Origin: Escherichia phage vojen
DNA: 50,709 bases
Sequence record: NC_049824.1
Direction: 5' to 3' (one strand)
The position numbers were made by a program, and so were the translations under genes. The notes below the pieces were generated by a model. It was not told the DNA's origin, made no database searches, and saw only the letters and a program-made list of their open reading frames with translations. Shown piece by piece: positions 26,044 through 34,975 of this stretch (position 1 is its first letter; each line of letters begins with the position of its first letter).

Positions 26044-29000
26044 ATGGCTGAAAATATGATAACGGGAAGTAAGGGCGGATCATCAAAACCTTATGTTCCG
26101 AAAGAGATGGAAGATAACCTGATCTCAATCAACAAAATCAAAATCCTTCTTGCCGTTTCCGATGGTGAGTGCGATCCAGATTTTACACTTCGCGATCTGT
26201 ATCTTGATGATGTTCCGGTAATTGCAGACGACGGAACTATTAACTACCAGGGTGTGAAAGCTGAATTTCGACCTGGAACGCAGACGCAAGATTACATCCA
26301 GGGGTTTACTGACACATCAAGCGAAGTGACGCTGGCGCGTGACATTACGACGACAAATCCTTATGTAATTTCCGTAACCAACAAAACATTATCGGCCATC
26401 AGAATCAAAATGCTAATGCCAACAGGCATTAAGCAAGAGGACAACGGCGATCTTGTCGGCGTTAAGGTTACTTATGCTGTTGATATGGCTGTTGACGGAG
26501 ACTCTTACAAAGAAGTATTGCGAGACACTATCGAAGGTAAAACGCGGTCAGGTTACGACAGGAGCCGAAGGATTGACCTTCCGGAATTTAATGATCGCGT
26601 ATTACTTAGGGTTAGAAGGGTTACGGCAGACAGCGCATCTTCTCGTGTTACTGATCTGATTAAGCTACAAAGTTACGCTGAGGTTATTGATGCAAAATTC
26701 CGTTATCCTCTGACTGGTCTTGTATACGTTGAATTTGACAGTGAGTTGTTCCCTAACCAGATCCCTAACATTTCAATCAAGAAGAAATGGAAGTTGATTA
26801 ATGTTCCGAGCAATTACGATCCGGTAATGCGAGAGTATCACGGTTCATGGGACGGTACGTTCAAGAAAGCGTGGTCGAACAATCCGGCTTGGGTACTTTA
26901 TGACATTATCACAAACCAGCGATACGGATTAGATCAGAGAGAACTTGGTGTACAGGTTGACAAATGGAGTCTTTACGAAGCTGCGCAATACTGCGATCAG
27001 AAAGTGCCTGACGGAAAAGGCGGTACAGAGCCGCGTTATCTATGCGACGTTGTGATTCAAAGCCAGATTGAGGCTTATCAGCTTATTCGTGATATTTGCT
27101 CAATCTTCCGAGGCATGAGCTTTTGGAATGGCGAGAGCTTGTCAATCGTCATTGATAAGCCGCGCGATCCGTCGTACATCTTCACCAATGACAACGTTGT
27201 TGATGGTGATTTTCAGTACACAACAGCAAGCGAAAAGAGCATGTACACGCAGTGCAACGTGACGTTCGACGACGAACAAAACATGTATCAACAGGACGTA
27301 GAGGGCGTATTCGACACCGAGGCAGCATTGCGCTTTGGATACAATCCTACAAGCATAACCGCGATCGGATGTACACGCAGGAGTGAGGCTAATCGGCGCG
27401 GTCGATGGATACTAAAAACCAACTTGCGCAGCACTACGGTAAACTTTGCTACTGGACTGGAAGGCATGATCCCATCAATAGGTGATGTGATTGCTATTGC
27501 TGACAATTTTCACAGCAGTAACCTTAAATTAAACCTATCAGGGCGCGTGATGGAAGTTTCCGGCTTGCAGGTGTTCGCTCCGTTTAAGATTGACGCGCGA
27601 CCAGGTGATTTCATTATCATCAACAAGCCGGACGGAAAGCCAGTTAAGCGCACAATCTCAAAAGTAAGCGGTGACGGAAAAACTATTGAACTAAACATTG
27701 GGTTTGGGTTTGAAGTTAAACCTGACACGGTTTTTGCAATCGACCGCACTGATATTGCATTGCAGCAATACGTTGTAACGAGTATCGGCAAAGGTGATGA
27801 TGATGATGAGTTTACATACTCCATCACGGCTGTTGAATATGATCCTAACAAATACGACGAGATTGATTACGGAGTAAACATTGACGACAGACCAACTTCA
27901 ATTGTCCAGCCTGACACAATGGCAGCGCCTGAAAATGTGCAAATATCCTCATACTCGCGAATTGTCCAGGGTGCAAGCGTTGAAACAATGGTTGTGTCGT
28001 GGGATAAAGTACCTTACGCATCGCTGTATGAAATGCAATGGCGAAAAGGTGATGGCAACTGGCTGAATACACCACAGACCGCAAACAAAGAAATTGAGGT
28101 TGAAGGTATTTATTCAGGAAACTACCAAGTAAGGGTCAGATCTGTTTCTGCTTCCGGTTCCACGTCGCCGTGGTCAAGAATTGTGACAGCATCACTGACT
28201 GGTAAGGTGGGAGAGCCAGGCGCGCCAGTTAACTTAACTGCATCCGACAATGAGGTTTTTGGCATTCGTGTAAAATGGGGCATGCCTGAAGGGAGTGGAG
28301 ACACTGCATACATTGAGCTTCATCAGTCGCCAGATGGAACAGCGGAAAACTCAAGCCTATTAACGCTGATCCCATATCCACAATATGAATACTGGCACGG
28401 GACGCTTCCGGCTGGTCATGTTGTATGGTATAGAATCCGAAGTGTTGACAGAATCGGCAACGTTTCCGGCTGGACTGATTTTGTTAGAGGCATGGCTTCA
28501 GATGATGTTGAGGCTGTTTTAGGAGATATTCTTGATAAGATTTTTGATACCGAAGCAGGAAAGGATCTGAAAGAGAACGCCATTGATAGCGCAAACAAAA
28601 TCAAGGATCAGGCACAAAGCATCATTCAAAACGCATTGGCGAATGATACAGACGTTAGGATTATGAGGAAGGAGAACGGAAAACGCAAAGCCGAGTTTAG
28701 ACAATCAATCCAATTGATCGCAAGTGAAACTGAAGCGCGCGTTACCGCAATGACGCAACTTAAGGCTGAATTTGACGAGGAAATAACTAGCGAAGTAACG
28801 AGACTCGATCAGGCAATTGCAACAGAATCGGAAACGCGAGCAACAGCCATTGAGGAATTGAAATCACAGATTGGTGATGATATTCAGGGGCAATTAACGC
28901 GGGTTGAGGAAGCGATTTCAAACGAAACAGAGGCGCGCGTTTCGGCTGATACAGCACTAACAGCGAAGTTTGGAGATGTTGAATCGGCGCTTACTGAAAA

Positions 29001-29469
29001 ACTTGATTCATGGGCTGGCGTTAATGGAGTTGGCGCACAGTACGCAATGAAACTTGGATTGACATACAACGGGCAGAAGTACAGCGCCGGAATGGTCATG
29101 CAGCTATCAAACAGCGCTCAAGGGTTGATTTCACAAATCCTTTTTGATGCTGGAAGATTTGCGATCATGACGAGTTCTACCGGAGGGTCGTATACATTGC
29201 CTTTTGTGGTCGAAAACAACCAAGTTTTCATTAACAGCCTGTTAGTGAAAAATGGTTCAATCACCAATGCGATGATCGGTAACTTCATCCAATCAAACAA
29301 TTACGTTTGGAATCAAACAGGATGGAGGCTGGATAAAAACGGCACGTTTGAAAATTATGGCTCTACTCCTGGAGAGGGAGCCATGAAAATGACAAACGAA
29401 ACGATCAGCGTTAGGGATGCAAACGGCGTTTTGCGTGTTCAGATTGGTAGGCTGACTGGTACGTGGTAA
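26044..29469 (+). CDS. central tail fibre / host specificity protein (lambda gpJ-like)
   Basis: 1141 aa; position after gpI; coiled-coil-like stretch near the C-terminus. Confidence 0.85.
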   Translation: MAENMITGSKGGSSKPYVPKEMEDNLISINKIKILLAVSDGECDPDFTLRDLYLDDVPVIADDGTINYQGVKAEFRPGTQTQDYIQGFTDTSSEVTLARDITTTNPYVISVTNKTLSAIRIKMLMPTGIKQEDNGDLVGVKVTYAVDMAVDGDSYKEVLRDTIEGKTRSGYDRSRRIDLPEFNDRVLLRVRRVTADSASSRVTDLIKLQSYAEVIDAKFRYPLTGLVYVEFDSELFPNQIPNISIKKKWKLINVPSNYDPVMREYHGSWDGTFKKAWSNNPAWVLYDIITNQRYGLDQRELGVQVDKWSLYEAAQYCDQKVPDGKGGTEPRYLCDVVIQSQIEAYQLIRDICSIFRGMSFWNGESLSIVIDKPRDPSYIFTNDNVVDGDFQYTTASEKSMYTQCNVTFDDEQNMYQQDVEGVFDTEAALRFGYNPTSITAIGCTRRSEANRRGRWILKTNLRSTTVNFATGLEGMIPSIGDVIAIADNFHSSNLKLNLSGRVMEVSGLQVFAPFKIDARPGDFIIINKPDGKPVKRTISKVSGDGKTIELNIGFGFEVKPDTVFAIDRTDIALQQYVVTSIGKGDDDDEFTYSITAVEYDPNKYDEIDYGVNIDDRPTSIVQPDTMAAPENVQISSYSRIVQGASVETMVVSWDKVPYASLYEMQWRKGDGNWLNTPQTANKEIEVEGIYSGNYQVRVRSVSASGSTSPWSRIVTASLTGKVGEPGAPVNLTASDNEVFGIRVKWGMPEGSGDTAYIELHQSPDGTAENSSLLTLIPYPQYEYWHGTLPAGHVVWYRIRSVDRIGNVSGWTDFVRGMASDDVEAVLGDILDKIFDTEAGKDLKENAIDSANKIKDQAQSIIQNALANDTDVRIMRKENGKRKAEFRQSIQLIASETEARVTAMTQLKAEFDEEITSEVTRLDQAIATESETRATAIEELKSQIGDDIQGQLTRVEEAISNETEARVSADTALTAKFGDVESALTEKLDSWAGVNGVGAQYAMKLGLTYNGQKYSAGMVMQLSNSAQGLISQILFDAGRFAIMTSSTGGSYTLPFVVENNQVFINSLLVKNGSITNAMIGNFIQSNNYVWNQTGWRLDKNGTFENYGSTPGEGAMKMTNETISVRDANGVLRVQIGRLTGTW

Positions 29470-29476
29470 AATAAAA

Positions 29477-29500
29477 GCGGGGCATTTGCCCCGCATTTAT
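29477..29500 (+). terminator. Putative terminator
   Basis: GCGGGGC-ATTT-GCCCCGC hairpin followed by ATTTAT (weak T-run). Confidence 0.5.
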
Positions 29501-29512
29501 GGAGGTTTAATA

Positions 29513-29818
29513 ATGGCTGAATATGGTGTTTCAACGTGGGATGCTAACGGAAAATATAATAACTACGGGATTAAGCCAGTTTCCGTTGTTGGTGTCATCA
29601 GTCTTGCCGCTGGTCAGACAAGCGGATCGTGGAGCTTTAGCATTCCAAGTGGTTTTAAGGTTGGGTATGTTGTTTCACTTGATGAAGGCGCTAGAGGAGT
29701 TGGAAGGGAAATAGTGGCATCTGGAAATACAATAAGAATTAGTCCTACATCGTCAGTTGGTCCAAATAGGTATTCTTCTTCAAAGTGCGAGTTAGTTGTT
29801 TTTCTTGAGAGGGCTTAA
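29513..29818 (+). CDS. putative tail-fibre-associated protein (101 aa)
   Basis: GGAGG RBS; starts MAEYG like the next gene; AT-rich. Confidence 0.45.
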   Translation: MAEYGVSTWDANGKYNNYGIKPVSVVGVISLAAGQTSGSWSFSIPSGFKVGYVVSLDEGARGVGREIVASGNTIRISPTSSVGPNRYSSSKCELVVFLERA

Positions 29819-29819
29819 A

Positions 29820-30461
29820 ATGGCTGAATATGGAGCAATGTTATCTTTATCAAATGGGAATCCATTTATCACACCAAAATCAACGCCATTTTGCTTATAT
29901 GGCAAGTACACTTATTCATCTTCTGGCAATTCTGCCTATCATAGCGCAAGCGCAAATATACCATTAAATCAATCTTATCCATGTATGGCATTTATAAAAA
30001 CAACAAACACACAGCAGCCAACTGCATTAATAGCTTACAGGAATGGTGGCAACATTTATGTAAACGGAGGCAATCCATACGGGCAATCATTTACAATGAC
30101 TGTTTATATATTTGCCATATTCCCTCAAACTCTGCCAAAATATGGCATGGCTATATGGGATGCAAGCGGCAAGTTGGTTTTAACTAATGAAAGCAGGGTG
30201 CTAACAGACCTTGTGACAATTGGTGCTCATGGTTCTTCAGGGGGAACTAATATAGATCAGACATTATCTGGTTCTTATGCCGTTTGCCCATCAAGGCTTG
30301 GTGCTGTTATAGGTATGGGTGCGTCTGACATATATACATCATGCAGGTATGATGGTTCAAGCACAAGGATAGGTGCGGCAAGGACAACTCCAGGAACAGG
30401 TTCTATAACAAATAACGGAAACTCAATAATTGCCATCAAGACTGATATTTACGACCAATAA
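29820..30461 (+). CDS. putative tail-fibre-associated / receptor-recognition accessory protein (213 aa)
   Basis: Starts MAEYG; internal YGMAIWDASGKL resembles the N-terminus of the upstream gene; Gly/Ser/Thr-rich; AT-rich. Confidence 0.45.
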   Translation: MAEYGAMLSLSNGNPFITPKSTPFCLYGKYTYSSSGNSAYHSASANIPLNQSYPCMAFIKTTNTQQPTALIAYRNGGNIYVNGGNPYGQSFTMTVYIFAIFPQTLPKYGMAIWDASGKLVLTNESRVLTDLVTIGAHGSSGGTNIDQTLSGSYAVCPSRLGAVIGMGASDIYTSCRYDGSSTRIGAARTTPGTGSITNNGNSIIAIKTDIYDQ

Positions 30462-30465
30462 AAAG

Positions 30466-30492
30466 GGGCTTTCGCCCCTTTATTTTTATTTA
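30466..30492. terminator. Bidirectional intrinsic terminator
   Basis: GGGGC-TTTC-GCCCC hairpin flanked by A-run upstream and T-run downstream, between convergent genes. Confidence 0.8.
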
Positions 30493-30717
30493 CAGACTGC
30501 AATCAGCGTTTTTAAAGTTGTCAATGTTTACCCACTGAAAATTAAACGGATAGCCAGCCTTAACAAGAGTGCGGTCGCCAACTCGTTTTACTCCGAAAAT
30601 AGCAACTGAATACTGCATTCCGCTATTTTCATAAATAGCCGTGCATTCACGTTTAGGCATATTTGCGCACCCAGTCAGGGTTACGGTGGCAATCAAAGCG
30701 GCGATAAATTTTTTCAT
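30490..30717 (-). CDS. small outer-membrane lipoprotein, candidate superinfection-exclusion protein (Cor/Llp-like)
   Basis: Signal peptide with lipobox LTGC; mature ~58 aa with two Cys; GGAGA RBS; sits beside the host-range genes on the opposite strand. Confidence 0.5.
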   Translation of the reverse strand: MKKFIAALIATVTLTGCANMPKRECTAIYENSGMQYSVAIFGVKRVGDRTLVKAGYPFNFQWVNIDNFKNADCSL

Positions 30718-30771
30718 CTTGGTGTCTCCTTAGTTGTTGTTGGTTGCAACTATACACGATCTTGCGGTGTG

Positions 30772-30791
30772 CGTTTAGCAAAAAGTGCTAT
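30772..30791 (-). promoter_or_regulatory. Conserved element, variant (minus-strand reading ATAGCACTTTTTGCTAAACG)
   Basis: Variant motif upstream of the lipoprotein gene with TATAGT at a ~17-bp gap. Confidence 0.5.
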
Positions 30792-30920
30792 TCTTGTTCT
30801 TTTGTTATTCGGTGTTCTTAAATCTGCGGAGGCTTAAATTTAGCTCAAAATGTGAGCAACAATAGAGCGCTATACATACAGATAAATATATATACATACA
30901 TACAAATCAATAAGTTAGTA

Positions 30921-31045
30921 GTATATATATTTATATTTGTTCTTTATTGTTATCTATGTTTTGTGTGATTTTGTGTGTCTGGTGTTTTTTATGTGATTAT
31001 GTATGTGTCAGTGGTTGTGTGTGTCTATATATCTATATCCGGCGC
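30921..31045. repeat. GT-rich low-complexity element, copy B
   Basis: AT-rich tract, then ttgtgtgattttgtgtgtctggtgtttttt...gtggttgtgtgtgtc, then CCGGCGC clamp; parallels 1441-1580. Confidence 0.5.
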
Positions 31046-31161
31046 AAATGTAGGAACAAGAGAACAAAAAGACAACGCGGATATTTATCAATAACTTACA
31101 TGTAAGTTTTGTTATCTAGGTTGGTGAGAACGTTGTTAGAACAGAAAAAACAAAATAACTA

Positions 31162-31189
31162 TTGACTAAACGCATCAAATAGCTACAAT
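31162..31189 (+). promoter_or_regulatory. Sigma70-like promoter for the recombination operon
   Basis: TTGACT (31162-31167), 16-bp spacer, TACAAT (31184-31189), ~30 bp upstream of the exonuclease gene. Confidence 0.5.
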
Positions 31190-31218
31190 GCAGACATACC
31201 AACCAATGAGGGCAAATC

Positions 31219-32280
31219 ATGAATAAGTTTATGGCGTACACCAGCGAAGAAATGAGCAATGAGCTTTATCACGATCCAGAAGCGTGGACGGCTGATTATG
31301 TTAGCGGCTCAAGCCTGGCAGAGATTTACAGCACATGCCCGGCAGCGTGGAAGTTCAAGCCGCGTGACGATAAGAGCAAGGCGCTAGTTTTCGGTACGCA
31401 GTCGCATACCAACTTTGAAAGCAAGGAGCTTTTCGAAAAAACATATCGCCGTGCGCCATCGCCAGAAGACTTTAAGGATCTGATAACTAGTCAAACTGCG
31501 CTTGCCGCAAAACTGAAATCATTTGGCCTGAAAGGTACAACCGGAAAGACTTATCCAGACCTTATCAAAATGTTGGTTGACTGCGGAGAAGACCTTAACG
31601 TCATGTGGTTAATCGACATGATCGCAGAAAGTCAGGCCAGGGCAGATGGGGTTCAGTTAATCGAAGCTAAAGATTACGATGCGTGCGTGGCAATGCGCCA
31701 GGTTCTGGAATCAATACCGGAACATAACGCATGTATGAATAGCAAGACGGCACAACGTGAATTATCGTTGTTCGGTGAAATTAACGGCGTAAAAGTCAAA
31801 GTGCGATGCGATCACGTTGACGTAACAAAGAACGTCACCGCAACGCTGATTGATGGTTACGATGAAAAAGGTCAGCCGATTTGCCGCGATATTATTTATC
31901 CAGAGGCCATTGTGATCACAGACTACAAAACTACAATGAGCGCGAATCCGGCTGAGTTTATGCGCCTGGCTTACAATCACGGCTATTATTTGAAAATGGC
32001 GTTGCAATGTGATTTATTCAGAAAAGCGTATCCAGAAGAAAAGCGACCTATAGTTGTGCGACTGTTAGCGCAAGAGAAGAAAGAGCCTTATTTGCCGTTG
32101 GCTTTCCGCATGAATAGCGAGCAATTGAAGATCGGGCGCATTCAGTACATGAGCGTAATTAACCAGTTTGCCATGTGCCAGCAACATGACGTTTGGCCTT
32201 CGTATTCAAACGGCGAGCCGGAGGTTTGCCTTGATACTCCTGATTGGGTGCGACGCCAGTTTAAGCAATATCTTATTTAA
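31219..32280 (+). CDS. putative recombination exonuclease (PD-(D/E)xK family)
   Basis: Candidate catalytic segments CDHVD and ITDYKT; directly upstream of Erf and SSB. Confidence 0.55.
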   Translation: MNKFMAYTSEEMSNELYHDPEAWTADYVSGSSLAEIYSTCPAAWKFKPRDDKSKALVFGTQSHTNFESKELFEKTYRRAPSPEDFKDLITSQTALAAKLKSFGLKGTTGKTYPDLIKMLVDCGEDLNVMWLIDMIAESQARADGVQLIEAKDYDACVAMRQVLESIPEHNACMNSKTAQRELSLFGEINGVKVKVRCDHVDVTKNVTATLIDGYDEKGQPICRDIIYPEAIVITDYKTTMSANPAEFMRLAYNHGYYLKMALQCDLFRKAYPEEKRPIVVRLLAQEKKEPYLPLAFRMNSEQLKIGRIQYMSVINQFAMCQQHDVWPSYSNGEPEVCLDTPDWVRRQFKQYLI

Positions 32281-32361
32281 ACAGCACAAATAGCTAAACA
32301 AATGAAAAATGCGGTGTTATAATTCACCGCATAAGTTAACAACAAGAGTAAGGAAATAAAC

Positions 32362-32640
32362 ATGGAAAACAAACAAGTGTCAGAGGTAGTAGTTCATATT
32401 AATAATTTTGCAACTGGCATGGCTATGTTGCTTCGTGACTTTGTTGCGCCGCTTGATCCAACAGCAGGCGCAGAAGAAATGGAGTACATCAGAAAAGTAA
32501 TTGATGCAGTCGATAACGTCGTGCTCATTGCAACAATGAGAGAAGAAAACGAGGAAGCAATTAAGGCGGTAAAAGAAAGTTCTGATCGCATGATGGAAAA
32601 TCTGATTAAATTACACACCAAAGAAGAAACAAAACATTAA
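32362..32640 (+). CDS. hypothetical protein (92 aa)
   Basis: ORF with AAGGAAA RBS between exonuclease and Erf genes. Confidence 0.5.
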   Translation: MENKQVSEVVVHINNFATGMAMLLRDFVAPLDPTAGAEEMEYIRKVIDAVDNVVLIATMREENEEAIKAVKESSDRMMENLIKLHTKEETKH

Positions 32641-32685
32641 CAGCAATAAGGCGGCGAAAGCCGCCATTAATTACGGGAATTAATC

Positions 32686-33342
32686 ATGAAACTATCAGAG
32701 CAATTCGACAAGGTTTTACCAGCACTGCACAAGGCGCGCAGTTTGTTTGTAAAGGTTAAGAAGGATAAACAAAATACACACTTAAAAAACCGTTACGCTA
32801 CACTTGATTCCGTTCTTGATGCAATCACTCCAGCATTGAATGATAACGAGCTAATGTTGATGCAGGATATGATTGAAAGCGAGCAACCCAACCGCATCAA
32901 AGTTGAAACAACAGTTCTGCATGTTTCCGGTCAGTGGGTGAAATTCTATGCTGAATTACCAATAGTTAAAAACGATCCTCAAGGTGTAGGATCTGCATTT
33001 ACATACGCGCGTCGTTATGCAGCCGCCGCAGCATTTGGCTTAAGCCAGGCAGACGATGACGCACAGATTGCCGTTAAATCTGCAAACGACTGGAAGCGTG
33101 ACATTGAGAAATGCGAAAGCGTAAACGAATTGCAAGAAGTGCTTAAATCAGCATGGAAGGCAAGCGATCCGGCAAGCAAGCAGGTAATTAAAGAGCATTA
33201 CGAGAAGCGCAAGGCAGAGCTTGAGATCGGCAAAGCACGAGGATTTAATCCAGCGCAACCAAAGCAAAATCTTGCATCGCCAGAAGTTGACACAAAAAAC
33301 GACGAGCAAGTAAAATCGCAAAGTATCACTGATTTTGAATGA
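32686..33342 (+). CDS. erf: Erf-family single-strand annealing protein
   Basis: N-terminal [18 protein letters not shown] and central [23 protein letters not shown] match the Erf family signature as recalled for P22 Erf. Confidence 0.7.
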   Translation: MKLSEQFDKVLPALHKARSLFVKVKKDKQNTHLKNRYATLDSVLDAITPALNDNELMLMQDMIESEQPNRIKVETTVLHVSGQWVKFYAELPIVKNDPQGVGSAFTYARRYAAAAAFGLSQADDDAQIAVKSANDWKRDIEKCESVNELQEVLKSAWKASDPASKQVIKEHYEKRKAELEIGKARGFNPAQPKQNLASPEVDTKNDEQVKSQSITDFE

Positions 33343-33385
33343 TTGACAGGGGCGATTGCGCCCCTTTTTTACAGGAGAATAAAAC

Positions 33386-33838
33386 ATGCATATTATTACT
33401 GGTGAGATCCGAAAAGAGCCGCGAGTAAAGCAAATGCCTAACGGCAGCACACTTTATGTGGTTGAACTTTCAGAGCGATACAAAGATAAAGATGGAAACT
33501 GGCAATATACAAACTACAGTTTCTTTTTTAATGCTAAAACAGAAGGTCTTAAGGGTTGGTATGATGAGGCGTTCCAGGTTGGCAAGGTTATTTCTGTATC
33601 TTGCGACACGCTGCGCATTGAAACGCGTGAATATAACGGAAAGATGTATTCAAGTTTAATGCCAGGAGGATTTGCAAATCTTATCTTCAGTCAGCGCGGG
33701 GAAAGCCAGCAACAATATCAGCAGCGAACGCAAGGAGGATGGGGCCAACCACAACAACAGAATCAACCGCAACAACAGCAACAGCCAAGACAAAGCAATC
33801 AACCTCCTATGGACTTTGACGACGACATTCCTTTCTGA
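33386..33838 (+). CDS. ssb: single-stranded DNA-binding protein
   Basis: Gln/Pro-rich linker and acidic C-terminal tail DFDDDIPF typical of SSB. Confidence 0.8.
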   Translation: MHIITGEIRKEPRVKQMPNGSTLYVVELSERYKDKDGNWQYTNYSFFFNAKTEGLKGWYDEAFQVGKVISVSCDTLRIETREYNGKMYSSLMPGGFANLIFSQRGESQQQYQQRTQGGWGQPQQQNQPQQQQQPRQSNQPPMDFDDDIPF

Positions 33839-33842
33839 TCAA

Positions 33843-33866
33843 CAAGGGGGCATTACGCCCCTTTTT
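33843..33866 (+). terminator. Putative terminator after ssb
   Basis: GGGGG...CCCC hairpin followed by TTTTT. Confidence 0.5.
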
Positions 33867-34110
33867 CACTTTCAGCCATCCCAAGAACGGCAATAACCTT
33901 AACAGCAATTCGCTTTGCAAGTTCGGTTTGATGAGCGTTAAGTTTTCCAGTGGTCATTATTGACAACATTCCGGTCATACTTCCAAGCCCGTTAAAATCT
34001 GACATTGCCGATTTCATGATTGATATTGGTGAGTGACCTTCATCAGCTATTGTATGCGCTCTCTCTGACAGGTCTTTAACTACCTGATCTATTCCTTCAC
34101 TTTTCGTCAT
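33853..34110 (-). CDS. hypothetical protein (85 aa)
   Basis: ORF on minus strand; last gene of the minus-strand tail-fibre block. Confidence 0.45.
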   Translation of the reverse strand: MTKSEGIDQVVKDLSERAHTIADEGHSPISIMKSAMSDFNGLGSMTGMLSIMTTGKLNAHQTELAKRIAVKVIAVLGMAESEKGA

Positions 34111-34588
34111 TTTCTTTTCCTTCAGGAGTTGATTGCTGTTCTGGCATTACAGGCCACGGGCTAATTGATTCCCTTTCTGCTACTGGTTTTTCAGGTTCAA
34201 TACCTAAAAACTTTCCTACAAACTCACCAACAAAATTTGAACTATCGCTTACATAAACATGCATTCTGTCAAGATCTGCAACTGTAACGCTGTTTGGTGC
34301 GATCATAATTCGCTGTTGGTGAAAACCGATATACATCACATTTGCCGGACGCTCAATAGTTCCCATATTTGGCGCAATTACACCCATTATCCAACAATAA
34401 TGAATATTGCCATCAAGCGGCTCACATCCGGCGTTAAGCCAGTTTACTTTCTGGTGTGGGAATGCCATTGATGAATCAGTAGCATCACGCCGCAACGACC
34501 ATTTAACGCCGCCAATCTCAATGATTTGTTTCGGCCTCATTCCGTTGAATTGAGTCACGCCAGCGCCATTTTGATTAATGTTTTGCAT
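34097..34588 (-). CDS. hypothetical protein (163 aa)
   Basis: ORF on minus strand downstream of the tail-fibre genes. Confidence 0.5.
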   Translation of the reverse strand: MQNINQNGAGVTQFNGMRPKQIIEIGGVKWSLRRDATDSSMAFPHQKVNWLNAGCEPLDGNIHYCWIMGVIAPNMGTIERPANVMYIGFHQQRIMIAPNSVTVADLDRMHVYVSDSSNFVGEFVGKFLGIEPEKPVAERESISPWPVMPEQQSTPEGKENDEK

Positions 34589-34602
34589 ATCGGTTTACCT
34601 TG

Positions 34603-34926
34603 TTACATTGATTTCATTTTACGCAATGCGCAGATACAAGCGGCAGCAAGATCGGTTAATTCTTTCTCAATGCCATGATGCGAGCCATCTACCTTTTCTG
34701 TCATTAGCTCTTTGTATTCCATTTCTACAATCGACATTAAGCCGCCTGGCTTGTCAATGTGCGCGTCCCAGGTTTTAGGATAGTGCTTAGTTCTTTCCAT
34801 AACACTTCCCATAACTGAATCATGTTTGCTATCTCGCTCATAATCATCATCATGATCATCACTCCCGATTGAAACTCGCGGCAAATGAATGCGCGGTATT
34901 TTATAGCCAGCATAACGGATCTTCAT
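34603..34926 (-). CDS. hypothetical protein (107 aa)
   Basis: ORF on minus strand. Confidence 0.45.
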   Translation of the reverse strand: MKIRYAGYKIPRIHLPRVSIGSDDHDDDYERDSKHDSVMGSVMERTKHYPKTWDAHIDKPGGLMSIVEMEYKELMTEKVDGSHHGIEKELTDLAAACICALRKMKSM

Positions 34927-34975
34927 TATCTCGCCCTCTTGATGAAAAGCGCCCCGAAAGGCGCTTGATTTATTA

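Noticed and set aside
26453-29300. Short ORFs on both strands inside the gpJ-like gene
   Set aside because: Fully contained in a 1141-aa gene with continuous coding signal; no independent start signals.
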